A stretch of 63,990 nt of DNA, counting the filler, from Octopus bimaculoides (lineage: Eukaryota), in the NCBI RefSeq assembly GCF_001194135.2. It is 6 parts of 5 records of this genome, joined end to end, with 100 filler letters (N's around TTAATTAATTAA, not from the genome) between each part and the next. Parts side by side here need not be neighbours in the genome. Positions count along the whole stretch, not along the records: positions 26,443 to 51,645 come from NC_068981.1; 5 more parts are not named here. One strand, given 5' to 3'. The notes beneath the pieces were generated by a model, which was not told the DNA's origin, searched no databases, and saw only the letters and a list, made by a program, of their open reading frames with translations. This document shows, piece by piece, positions 26,538 through 36,609 of this stretch. Each line of letters starts with the position of its first letter. The stretch's first letter is position 1. Position numbers and translations under genes: made by a program.

Positions 26538-26651
26538 TTACTGCTTGGAATTGAACTCAGAATCTTGGGGTTAGTAGCCCGCGCTCTTAACCACTATGCT
26601 ATATGCCCGTGGGCGTAGTGGTTAAGAGCACGGGCTACTAACCCCAAGATT
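26486..26651. mobile_element. head-to-head palindrome of tRNA-derived SINE heads
   Basis: Minus-strand head 26532-26608 with an (AAT)n tract, centre GCCCGTGGGC, and a truncated plus-strand head 26611-26651; ~39-bp arms at 26561-26599 / 26613-26651. Confidence 0.85.
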
Positions 26652-26843
26652 GTATCTTGAAGTGAATTTACTTAATAGCTGAATTCACTTCAAGATACAT
26701 CATCAATAAACACTTAATAATTTCTCAGTGCTTCTGTTTTTGAGATCTGGATGAATATAGACTCATTATGCTTCCATTCTTTTTGTTTTTGAATATATAT
26801 ATATCTCAGTTTTTCCTTTTTCCTTTCTTTTGTATATTTCAAG

Positions 26844-26970
26844 ATTTATCTCTGATATTGAACAAACAAGGCAGGCTGAGATAGAAAACTTTATACGGGA
26901 TTATATTCGAGATCCTTCATTACATGACAAGATCTCTGTAATGAATCGTTCCTATCTGAACAGGAGAAAG
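26844..26970 (+). CDS. HYDIN: HYDIN exon (FISDIEQTRQAEIENFIRDYIRDPSLHDKISVMNRSYLNRRK)
   Basis: TTTCAAG acceptor and AAG|GTAAAC donor; ends in phase 0, in frame with the next exon. Resembles the human HYDIN segment ...ECITDPLLREHLSVLSRTFANQRR as recalled. Confidence 0.85.
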
Positions 26971-27046
26971 GTAAACCTCTTCAATATTATGAAAGACCGT
27001 ATTGTAACCATTTCCGTCTACTAATTAGAAAAAAAAGAAATATATA

Positions 27047-27850
27047 TATCATCATCATCATCGTTTTACGTCTGCTTTCCGTGGGTTGGACGATTTGACT
27101 GAGGACTGGCGAACCGGATGGCTGCACCTGGCTCCAATCTGAATCTGGTAGAGTTTCTACAGTTGGATGCCCTTCCTAATGCCAACCACTCTGAGAGTGT
27201 AGTGGGTGCTTTTTACGTGCCACCGGCTCGAGGGCCAGTCCAGCGGTACTAGCAACGGCCATGCTCAAATGGTGTTTTTTTATGTGCCACCTGCACAGGA
27301 GTCATTCCAATGTTTTGTTCACATGCCACCAGCACAAGTGCCAGTAAGGCAAAGCTGGAAACAATCGGGCTCAAATGGTGCTTTTTACATGCCACTGGCA
27401 CGGAAGCGAGACCGCTGCTCTGGCAGTGATCCCGCTGCTCTGGCAGTGATCCCGCTCGGATGGTGCTGTTAGCACTCCACTGGCACGGGTGCCAGTCATC
27501 GAATTTGGTTCAGTTTCGATCTCACTTGCCCCAACAGGTCTTTGCAAGCTGAGTTTCNNNNNNNNNNGTGCCACCTGCACAGGAGTCATTCCAATGTTTT
27601 GTTCACATGCCACCAGCACAAGTGCCAGTAAGGCAAAGCTGGAAACAATCGGGCTCAAATGGTGCTTTTTACATGCCACTGGCACGGAAGCGAGACCGCT
27701 GCTCTGGCAGTGATCCCGCTGCTCTGGCAGTGATCCCGCTCGGATGGTGCTGTTAGCACTCCACTGGCACGGGTGCCAGTCATCGAATTTGGTTCAGTTT
27801 CGATCTCACTTGCCCCAACAGGTCTTTGCAAGCTGAGTTTCGTGTCCAAT
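27047..27850 (-). mobile_element. long RTE-tail SINE copy, part of it duplicated across a 10-N gap
   Basis: (CAT)n tail then GGTTGGACGATTTGACTGAGGACTGG...; GTGCCACC subrepeats. Confidence 0.8.
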
Positions 27851-28122
27851 ATATTGTATATTCTGTACTCTCTGTAAGGTGGTTGGTGTTAGGAAGGGCA
27901 TCCAGCTGTAAAAACCATACCAAAACAGACAATTGTAACCTGGTGCAGCTCTGCAGCTTGTCAGCTCCTGCCAACCTGTCCAACCCATGACTGTATTAGA
28001 AATGAAGTGTTTTTGTTTTTTTTTAATTTTGTAGCAAGTTACTCATTGATGGTTTTACTGGAAATAATTGTTATCTTGAAATTGTTTTTATCACGAATAT
28101 GATTCTCATTATTACTTTACAG

Positions 28123-28622
28123 TTGATTGAAGAAGGCAGTGGTCTGTTTTATGATGAAGTCTTCAAGATTGAACCAATTGAAGGAGAGATTTGGCCTAAC
28201 CAAACAATGCAAATAAATATTATGTTCAAACCATTGGAAGCAAAGTCTTATATTAAAATGGCATATTGCGAAATCACTGGTAGGGAGAACCGTCTTCCAT
28301 TGCAATTGCGTGGTGAAGGGAAAGGACCCAAAGTTCAACTGTCTGTGAATGTCATGAATGTTGGACCGATTTTCATTGGTTCCTGTCATTACTATGAAGT
28401 GATTTTAGCTAATCACGGACAGATTCATGCCAGTTATGTTATCCAAAAAAGTGTCTCTACATTTGCCTCCTTTTTTACTTTCAAACCGAATAATGGAACT
28501 GTCCAACCGGGAGGTCACCAAGCAATACGAGTAAAGTTTCAAGGGAGTAGTTTGGGAGATTTTGACGAAGTCTTCAGATTTCAAGTGGAGGGTCGACCTC
28601 AACCAGTGGAACTCAAATTCAG
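28123..28622 (+). CDS. HYDIN: HYDIN exon, ASH/Ig-like repeats (LIEEGSGLFYDEVFKIEPIEGEIWPNQ...GRPQPVELKFR)
   Basis: 500-nt exon with TTTACAG acceptor and AG|GTGAGT donor. The motifs EPxEGxxWPN, YCEITGRENRLPLxLRGEGxGP and PNNGTVQPGG are characteristic of HYDIN. Confidence 0.97.
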
Positions 28623-28867
28623 GTGAGTTTAGAAATAAAAAAAGTAGAAATGTGTTTTTGATTTTCATCATCTTTGTTGTCTTAACATTTACTTTTTCAT
28701 GCTTGTATGGGTTAGATGCAGTTTATTGAGGCAGATTTTTTTGTAGCTGTGGTGTCACCTTACTGGCACTTGTGTCGATGGCACGTTTAGAAAATCATTC
28801 GAGCGAGGTCGTTGCCAGTGCCGCTGGACTGGCTCCTGTGCAGGTGGCACGTAAAATACACCATTTT

Positions 28868-28924
<57 letters not shown>

Positions 28925-28926
28925 TA

Positions 28927-29090
28927 CGACGGGCTTCTTTCAGTTTCCGTCTACCAAATCCACTCACAAGGCTTTGGTCGGCCCGAGGCTATAGTAAAAG
29001 ACACTTGCCCGAGGTGTCATGCAGTGGGACTGAACCCGGAACCATGTGGTTGGTAAGCAAGCTACTTACCACACAGCCACTCCTGTGCCT
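28927..29090 (-). mobile_element. tRNA-headed SINE with CCTTGGGCAAGTG core
   Basis: Reverse complement of GCAGGAGTGGCTGTGTGGTAAGTAGCTTGCTTACCAACCACATGGTTCCGGGTTCAGTCCCACTG...; copies near 2575, 8280, 12930, 22055, 42116, 50980, 58555 and 61515. Confidence 0.85.
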
Positions 29091-29101
29091 ATGTAGATAT
29101 A

Positions 29102-29393
29102 TATAAAAGAACACAAATGGGGCTTAAAATTTCTGACTGCTGTTTTGGTAGAATTTTGTTGATGTATTCATAGATTACATCATAGCATATAGTCCATAAT
29201 GAATCCAACCAGCATTCAATATGTTGGTTAGATTCATTATCATCAAAGTATTATCTCACCTGTTTATACCTGTTGAAAATTTTACCTGAAGATGATGCTT
29301 TATATGCTATGATGTAATCTTTGAATATATCAACAAAATTCTACCCAAATGGCTGTCAGAAATTTTAAGTCCCATTTACGTTCTTTTTTTATA
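29102..29393. mobile_element. fold-back MITE with ~90-bp terminal inverted repeats
   Basis: Left arm about 29102-29191 pairs with right arm about 29301-29393; internal hairpin at 29196-29240. Confidence 0.85.
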
Positions 29394-29582
29394 CCTGTGC
29401 CACACCTAGAACCAGCCCTGGGTCAGATCTTTGGTTTAAATTATATTTGGTACTTACATGTCTACAATATCTTACTAACACAAGATACCTTCATGGTTGT
29501 TTTACCTCACTGTGAACCCTTTCCTATTGCACCTAACCATTTCAGGTGTCCAATGTGTTGATATGCCTAGATTCTATTCAAT

Positions 29583-29623
<41 letters not shown>

Positions 29624-30231
29624 NNNNNNNNNNNNNNNNNNNNNNNNNNNNNNNNNNNNNNNNNNNNNNNNNNNNNNNNNNNNNNNNNNNNNNNNNNNNN
29701 NNNNNNNNNNNNNNNNNNNNNNNNNNNNNNNNNNNNNNNNNNNNNNNNNNNNNNNNNNNNNNNNNNNNNNNNNNNNNNNNNNNNNNNNNNNNNNNNNNNN
29801 NNNNNNNNNNNNNNNNNNNNNNNNNNNNNNNNNNNNNNNNNNNNNNNNNNNNNNNNNNNNNNNNNNNNNNNNNNNNNNNNNNNNNNNNNNNNNNNNNNNN
29901 NNNNNNNNNNNNNNNNNNNNNNNNNNNNNNNNNNNNNNNNNNNNNNNNNNNNNNNNNNNNNNNNNNNNNNNNNNNNNNNNNNNNNNNNNNNNNNNNNNNN
30001 NNNNNNNNNNNNNNNNNNNNNNNNNNNNNNNNNNNNNNNNNNNNNNNNNNNNNNNNNNNNNNNNNNNNNNNNNNNNNNNNNNNNNNNNNNNNNNNNNNNN
30101 NNNNNNNNNNNNNNNNNNNNNNNNNNNNNNNNNNNNNNNNNNNNNNNNNNNNNNNNNNNNNNNNNNNNNNNNNNNNNNNNNNNNNNNNNNNNNNNNNNNN
30201 NNNNNNNNNNNNNNNNNNNNNNNNNNNNNNN

Positions 30232-31120
30232 AAGTTCCCAGACTAGCTATGTTTAATAAAAAATAACTTATTTACCTAAATTTTAACATCATCATCATCA
30301 TCATCTCCTTCAAAATAATCACCTTGCACAGCAATATATTGGTCCCAATGTTCCTGCCACTTTTGGAATCCAGCCTGGAAGTCATTTTCCGTAAGTGAGT
30401 CGAGGACCTTCTGCAATTTGCTCTGGATCTTGACAACGGTGTTAAAATGGTGACCTTTGAGCTGCATTTTCCATCTTAGGGAAGGGATGGAAGTTCACAG
30501 GTGCTAAATCTGGTGAATAGGTGTGAAATCTAGTAAATAGGTGTGAAAGCAATGCCATATTTTTGAAAGCAATGCCATATTTTTGGCAAGAAATTCATGG
30601 TGCAATGTTGTTGTGAAGAATCGAATTCTTTGTGCTCTACAGGTCCAGTTGCTTTCACCGAATGTCCTCCCTCAAACACTTCAAAACATCATTAATTCTC
30701 CTCCAATGATCCTCATGCACAAAAGCTGATGAATTTTCTCCACATTTCCGGGGTTGACGCTTGTGCTAGGTCTTCCAGGGACATTCTTCTGCTTTTGAAT
30801 CACCCATACTACTAGAAACATTGCATACGACCCATTGCCTCATCATCACCGTAAGCTTGCCAAAGCTTGCTCAATGTCTCTGTAGCAGACTTCCCAAGTT
30901 TCACACAAAATTTCACTTTGGTTCTTTGTCCCAACTTCCTGTCCATGACAAAATCACAGACTACAGCAGACACACGTGATCACAAAAACACAAATTTCAC
31001 AACTTGCAAAGTAAACACAACGATGTCACTCTGCACTACTACCTCATGAAGGTCACTGCTAGCTCTCATCATGCATGCAGCCATGTGCTGCCATCTGTTG
31101 GTGTGCTACAGAACTAGTCC
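30232..31120 (-). mobile_element. internally deleted mariner element
   Basis: N-terminus MDRKLGQRTKVKFCVKLGKSATETL (ATG at 30946) and C-terminus LKGHHF...FQKWQEHWDQYIAVQGDYFEG (to 30276). It has in-frame stops and is much shorter than a full transposase. Confidence 0.9.
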
Positions 31121-31687
31121 GCAAACAGAGGAAAAGAAATCCTTCAAAGGGGTATGTTAAACATCCAATTTACTGGTATGGTTTATAAAAACATATTGGG
31201 CTTCTTTCAGTCTCCATCTATCAAATCCACTCACAGCATCCAGCTGTAGAAACTCTGCCAAATCAGATTTGAGCCTGGTGTAGCCATCTGGTTCACCAGT
31301 CCTCAGTCAAATCGTCTAACCCATGCTAACATGGAAAACGGGTGTTAAACGATGATGAAGATGATGATAAAGAGAAAGTATTTTAATATTAGTTTCAAAT
31401 TTTGGCACAAGGCCAGCAAGTTGGAGGGAGGGGGTAAGTTGATTACATCGACCCCAGTACATGACTGGTACTGATTTTATCAGTTCTGAAAGGGACGATA
31501 GGTAAAGTCAGCCTTGATGGCATTTCAACTCGGAACGTGAAGCTGGATGAAATGCTACAAAGCGTTTTCCCCAGCATCATAATGATTCTTCCAGCTTGCT
31601 GCCTTAGAAAGTATTTCATTGTTAATTCTTGCATTTCCTCTCTATATTTTCTCAACAGATTTTAATTATTTTGGTGATTAATTCCAG

Positions 31688-32006
31688 GTTTCCAGTACAC
31701 GAAAACATTTCAAATGCACAATACTTCATTGATTCCAATGAATTTTCGGCTCCATGTGCCAGGAGATGGCCTTGTTGACAGTATTCCAAGTATAAAAGGA
31801 AATTTTTATCCAAAGAGAACTGATAAACAAACCATACCACCCAAAGAATTCAAAATCATCCCATCAGAGGGCGTTGTTGAAGCAATGAGTTCACTCCAAA
31901 TGATAGTTCAATTTGTGTCCAACACTGTGTCTCGATATGAAATGGCTCTCGTCGTGGATGTTATTAATGTCGCAGATCAAGTGTTCTCGATGCCTATTAC
32001 TGGCAG
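31688..32006 (+). CDS. HYDIN: HYDIN exon (GFQYTKTFQMHNTSLIPMNFRLHVPGDG...YEMALVVDVINVADQVFSMPITGR)
   Basis: ATTCCAG acceptor (phase 1) and AG|GTAATC donor (phase 2); NTSLIPM..L.VPGDG and SNTV..YE.ALVVDV motifs. Confidence 0.97.
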
Positions 32007-32030
32007 GTAATCTTAAATGATTGCATTTGA

Positions 32031-32246
32031 CCCTTTAGCATTTAAACCAGCCACATCAGGCGCAAACATTCTTCCTTGTTTTATGTTGAGACTGGCCAGA
32101 TTCAGTCTCTCACACCTACCCTATGATGTTATTCTACAAATAAACAATCACATCAAAATCTCAAAGCTACAGATAGTGCATGATTAATTCAAAACAATGT
32201 GAATAAATAAGCATTTCATTTGATAGAGTAATCTGAATGCTAAAGG
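32031..32246. mobile_element. piggyBac-like MITE copy
   Basis: CCCTTTAGCATTTAAACCAGCC...AATCTGAATGCTAAAGG. Confidence 0.8.
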
Positions 32247-33328
32247 TCCAAACTTAATACTGAGTCTTAGAAGAACTTCCTCCTACTTCCTGTACTGCCA
32301 CTTGCCACCACCTACTTCTTGAGATATCTTTTCTACCTTCTCCCCATTACTGATTTTTACCATTGACCACACCTTTACCTCCCTCTCTAATCACCTCGAA
32401 CTTTTCTCTCACCTGCTCTTATAAACTTATCCACCTAAACCTCCCCTTCCTCACTCTGTATTCTCTCTTATGTTCCCCTTTTTGTATCAAGCGTTGAACC
32501 GCATGGAGGCAAAGTGGTTGAGCTCCTTTTGAATGTTGGGCCTCACAGAGGCAACACCTTTGGCATTATGTTGTGCTTGAGAAGAAGACCCATCAAGCCA
32601 AGTAAAATTGCACTCGTGGCAGATACAGATGTCATACAAATGGCACTCGTGCCAGTGGCACGTAAAAGCACCTTTTGAGTGTTGGGCTTCACAGAGGCAA
32701 GTACCAAGATCATTTGGTATTATGCCAGGCTTCGACCATTGGGCCTCACGGAGGCAGTGTCTGAGTCCATTTGGCATTATGCCGTGCTTGAGAAGAAGAC
32801 CCATTAAGCCAAGTAAAACCACAGTTGTGACAGATACTAGTGTCACATAAATGGCACCCATGCTGGGGCACATAAAAGCACCCTTTATACTCTCGTAGTG
32901 GTTGGCATTAAGAAGGGCATCCAGCCATAGAAAACCATGCCAAATCAGACTGGAGTCTGTTGCAGCCTTCCAGTTTACCAGCCCTGGTCAAACCGTCCAA
33001 CCCATGCCAGCATGAACAACAAATGTTAAATGATGATGATGATGAGAGTATGCTCTGACATTTGTCACCAACAACTTCATCTTCTTTCCCACTACTCCAA
33101 TCCACTCCTTATAAGGCATGGTAGCCATTTATCCCCTCTACAGTGAGACATTTGTGCCAGTCTTTCTATCATATTTTAACCACTCAGCACTTGACATAAT
33201 GCCACCTCTCCCATAGGGTGGGGTGGGATGGGGCTGGGGGCTTCCTTTTCTTTCTATATTTCAGAGATGAGGAATTATGTACATTATTTACATTTGATGG
33301 ATATTTGTCCTCATCTTGTTTGTTGTTA

Positions 33329-33372
33329 ACAACGTTTTGGCTGATATACCCTCCAGCCTTAATCAGGTGTCT
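33329..33372 (-). ncRNA. degenerate minimal type I hammerhead ribozyme motif
   Basis: Reverse strand reads ACAC-CTGATTA-AGGCTG gagggtatat CAGCC-AAAA-CG-TT-GT: stem II and the ACGT palindrome are intact, but G8 and G12 are mutated. Confidence 0.55.
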
Positions 33373-33596
33373 NNNNNNNNNNNNNNNNNNNNNNNNNNNN
33401 NNNNNNNNNNNNNNNNNNNNNNNNNNNNNNNNNNNNNNNNNNNNNNNNNNNNGGCATATGGCATAGTGGTTAAGAGCACGGGCTACTAACCTCAAGATTC
33501 CGAGTTCAATTTCAGGCAGTGACCTGAATAATATTAATAATAATAATATTGAAAAATACCTTAGGAATGAGAACCCAGGTTCGAAATTTCCCCAAG

Positions 33597-33640
33597 ACAC
33601 CTGATGAAGCCTGGAGGGTATATCAGCTGAAACATTGTGT
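33597..33640 (+). ncRNA. degenerate minimal type I hammerhead ribozyme motif
   Basis: ACAC-CTGATGA-AGCCTG gagggtatat CAGCT-GAAA-CA-TT-GTGT: core and stem I (ACAC/GTGT) are intact, stem II has a mismatch, and CG has changed to CA. Confidence 0.6.
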
Positions 33641-33876
33641 TAACAACAAACAAGATGAGAAATTTCCTTTTCTTTGTCTAGCAAATTACTGGATGACCTC
33701 TCTTGTGCTGGTGTTATGTAAAAACCACCCAGTCCACATTCTGTAAAGTGGTTGGTATTAGGAAGGGCATCCCACTGCAGAAACCCTGCAACGAACAGAT
33801 ATTGAAGCTTGAGACCATCCTCTGACACATTGGATTCTGTCTAACTAGCCAACCCATGACAACGTGAAAAGCAGGC

Positions 33877-34016
33877 ATTAACCCTTGACCATTAACCCTT
33901 GGCCATTAACCCTTGACCATTAGCCCTTAGCCATTAACCCTTGACCATTAACCCTTGGCCATTAACCCTTGACCATTAGCCCTTGGCCATTAACCCTTGG
34001 CCATTAACCCTTGGCC
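33877..34016 (+). repeat. minisatellite of 10 x 14 bp (ATTAACCCTTGRCC)
   Basis: Counted directly; the last unit runs into the MITE terminus CATTCAGATTACTC. Confidence 0.95.
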
Positions 34017-34222
34017 ATTCAGATTACTCGGTCAAATATAATATTTATTCACATTCTTTTGAATTAATCATGCCTTAATGCTGGAGCTTTGAGATTTAAA
34101 TGATATGATTGTTTATTTTTAGGACATTGTAAGCTTGGTGTAAAAGGTCACATCTGGCCAGTTTGCATGTAAAACATTTAGAATATTTCAACCTGATATG
34201 GTTGGTTTAAATGCTAAAAGGT
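34003..34222. mobile_element. piggyBac-like MITE, reverse orientation to 18420
   Basis: TTAACCCTTGGCCATTCAGATTACTC...TTTAAATGCTAAAAGG. Confidence 0.75.
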
Positions 34223-34270
34223 TTAATAATAATAATAATAATAATAATAAAAATAATGGTGACGATGACA

Positions 34271-34317
<47 letters not shown>

Positions 34318-35332
34318 TAGTCAATGGAGAAAACACTTTTTGTAGTAGTTGGAAGCGATTACGTTATGGAAGAGATGCCATAAAGTGTACAAAAGTCTCT
34401 TAAATTCATCCTCCTCAAACACAGTCTTAAAACTCAAGAAGCAAATATTTCAAAAATTGCAAGCTTTTGTTTTTAAAGATTACAAACGATTTCATTATCA
34501 AAATATTAGATTTGAAAGATTGCAGTTTTACAACTTCTCCATATATTCTCTCTCACTTTCACTTTCCTCCCTCCTTCTCCCTCTTTCTACCCTCCCTCTC
34601 TCTCTCTCCCCTATTTCTCTTTCTTTCTCTCTTCCCCCTCTTTCTCTCTTTCTGCCTCCTTCCTCTCTCTCTCTCCATGTGGTATTCCTACAGGTATCAG
34701 CAAACATGGACCTCCATGCCAAAGTCTGAAGACTCCTGATTTTTCTTGGAATGACCTGACACTGTGGTTTCCTGTTGCCTTCTGCTTCTTTCTCTACCTT
34801 ATTTACTCTGCTAGTCTCCTGCTCTTCAGAGTTTTCCCTTGAGGCACAAGGCATGTTAAACCCATAGGCAGTTTGGCACTAGTTTACATGACATCAGGGC
34901 ATGTCTACACATCCAGTGGGCCTGTGTGAAATATCTAGGATCCAACCTCTTTCTGGACCTATGTAACATGTCTAGGATCCAGCCCCTCGTCTGGGCCTGT
35001 GTGACATGTCCAGGGCCCAGCTCTACTTTAAATCTTGTATATTTTAGTCACAGGATCATCTGCTATTTGACTCCTAACTGAGACCTTAGACAGAACTGCC
35101 TCCCCAGGCCAGAGCGAACCTGGGAGGTGTGATGACTAAGGAGTAATCCCAGACTCCCTCAAAACTCCTGAACTTCCAAGCTGGAACTTCTTCACTTGAT
35201 GCACTTTAATGTCTTGATTAGGAATATCCATTTATTTGCCAAGATTTAGCCACTAATCTCTTAATCCTCAAAACTTATAAAAACACACAAAATTTTCTTA
35301 ATCATTAACGAATATATTCAATTAATTTCCAG

Positions 35333-35516
35333 ATGCTTGGTTCCCACAGTTGTTGTAGCAAATCCAGTTCTGATGTACCACCGATGTTTCTTGAACTATC
35401 CTTACACACAATATGTCAAGCTGCAAAACCTCTCCAATCTCCGAGCTCGTTATGATCTTGAGCCACAAGACTCTGACAAAAGGTCAAGCATTTCATACTG
35501 TAGCAGTGAACCATCA
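35333..35516 (+). CDS. HYDIN: HYDIN exon (CLVPTVVVANPVLMYHRCFLNYPY...SYCSSEPS)
   Basis: ATTTCCAG acceptor in phase 2, matching the previous donor; TCA|GTAAGT donor; CFLxYPY motif. Confidence 0.95.
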
Positions 35517-36609
35517 GTAAGTTTACTTTGTACTTAGCATTGTCCCGACACTTCTCGGCCATCATCTCTCTCACTCATCACTCTGTTTATCTTACTCTCC
35601 AACTCACTCTACTTGTTTTGTAACTGGGGTATCCATGTATCTACTTTACAGCAAGACACCTATATCTGTCCCCTCTCAACCGGCACAAAACCACAACCCA
35701 TCAATACAACTAACCCCACTCCCAGTTGAGGGCTTTTGTCTTGCAAGGTACTGGTGCGACATAAAACACATTGGTGCTGGTGCCATGTAAAAAACACCCA
35801 ATACACACTCTAAAGTGGTTGGCATTAGGAAGGGCATCCAGCTTTAAAAACCATGCCAAAACTGACAATCGGAGCATAGTGTAGCTCTCCAGCTTGCCAA
35901 CTCCTGTCAAACTGTCCAACCCATGCCAGCATGGAAAAAATTGATGTTAAATGATTATGATGATGATGATTACATGAAAGCAGGGTTGGCTGAAGGTACT
36001 GGCAACTCGGGCAGTTGTCCATGGTGCCACGTGCTTTTTAGTCTACATTTTCAGTTTTTCTCTTTGTGAAAGTTTTAAAAGATTATACTTGTAAGGGCAC
36101 CGAAGTTCAGCTTGCCCAGGTTGCCAGCAACCCTAGGGCCTGCCCTGCATGAAACACTGGATCATTGAGGCCTTTCAAGGATTTTGTTGGCAATGTTGCA
36201 TATTTAGGGTAAACCTGCAGGGCAAAACTCATTGCTCTCTTCAGCTGTTATTATCTGTAATTTGGTAAGTTTCATAAAGTTCCCACAAATCACCATTATT
36301 ATACCTGTTCCAGCTGCTTCTTCATAGCGCTTGTTTACTGAATTATTAATTAGCAATTAATAATTAGTAATAGACACTGTAATGGTACTAATGACCTGTA
36401 GTTCACTGTTCAGTCTGGAGTCGAGCATCAGGACTCAGATACAAAGTAATTGTATGAAATCAATAATTCTATTGAAGATTTTTCCTAATGTAATAATGTG
36501 AGGACAAAAACCCAGTGGTGTGTGTGTATACGTGTGTGTGTGTATGTGTGTACAGGTACACACATATGTCTGTCAAATTATATTAAATACAAGCTTAACA
36601 TGATTTATT

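Larger units (their letters stand above)
33245..33660. mobile_element. head-to-head palindromic tRNA-headed element with hammerhead-like tails; centre hidden by an 80-N gap
   Basis: Minus arm 33245-33372 is the reverse complement of plus arm 33595-33660. The plus arm has an A-box at 33459-33469 and a B-box at 33502-33513. Confidence 0.75.

Noticed and set aside
27290-27840. Duplicated ORFs and sequence around the gap at 27558-27567
   Set aside because: An identical duplication flanking a 10-N gap inside a SINE is an assembly artefact. The same pattern occurs at 18819-18890.
29546-29580. TTTCAG acceptor as the start of the missing GPTF exon
   Set aside because: The phase-2 frame stops within 5 codons and there is no similarity.
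33453-33525. tRNA-like sequence with A and B boxes (also other SINE heads)
   Set aside because: There is no complete acceptor stem or cloverleaf, and each continues into repeat bodies. These are SINE heads, not tRNA genes.
33877-34016. Short direct-repeat arrays (also 38149-38240 and 23193-23495) as possible CRISPR
   Set aside because: There are no unique spacers or cas genes, and the context is a eukaryotic intron.
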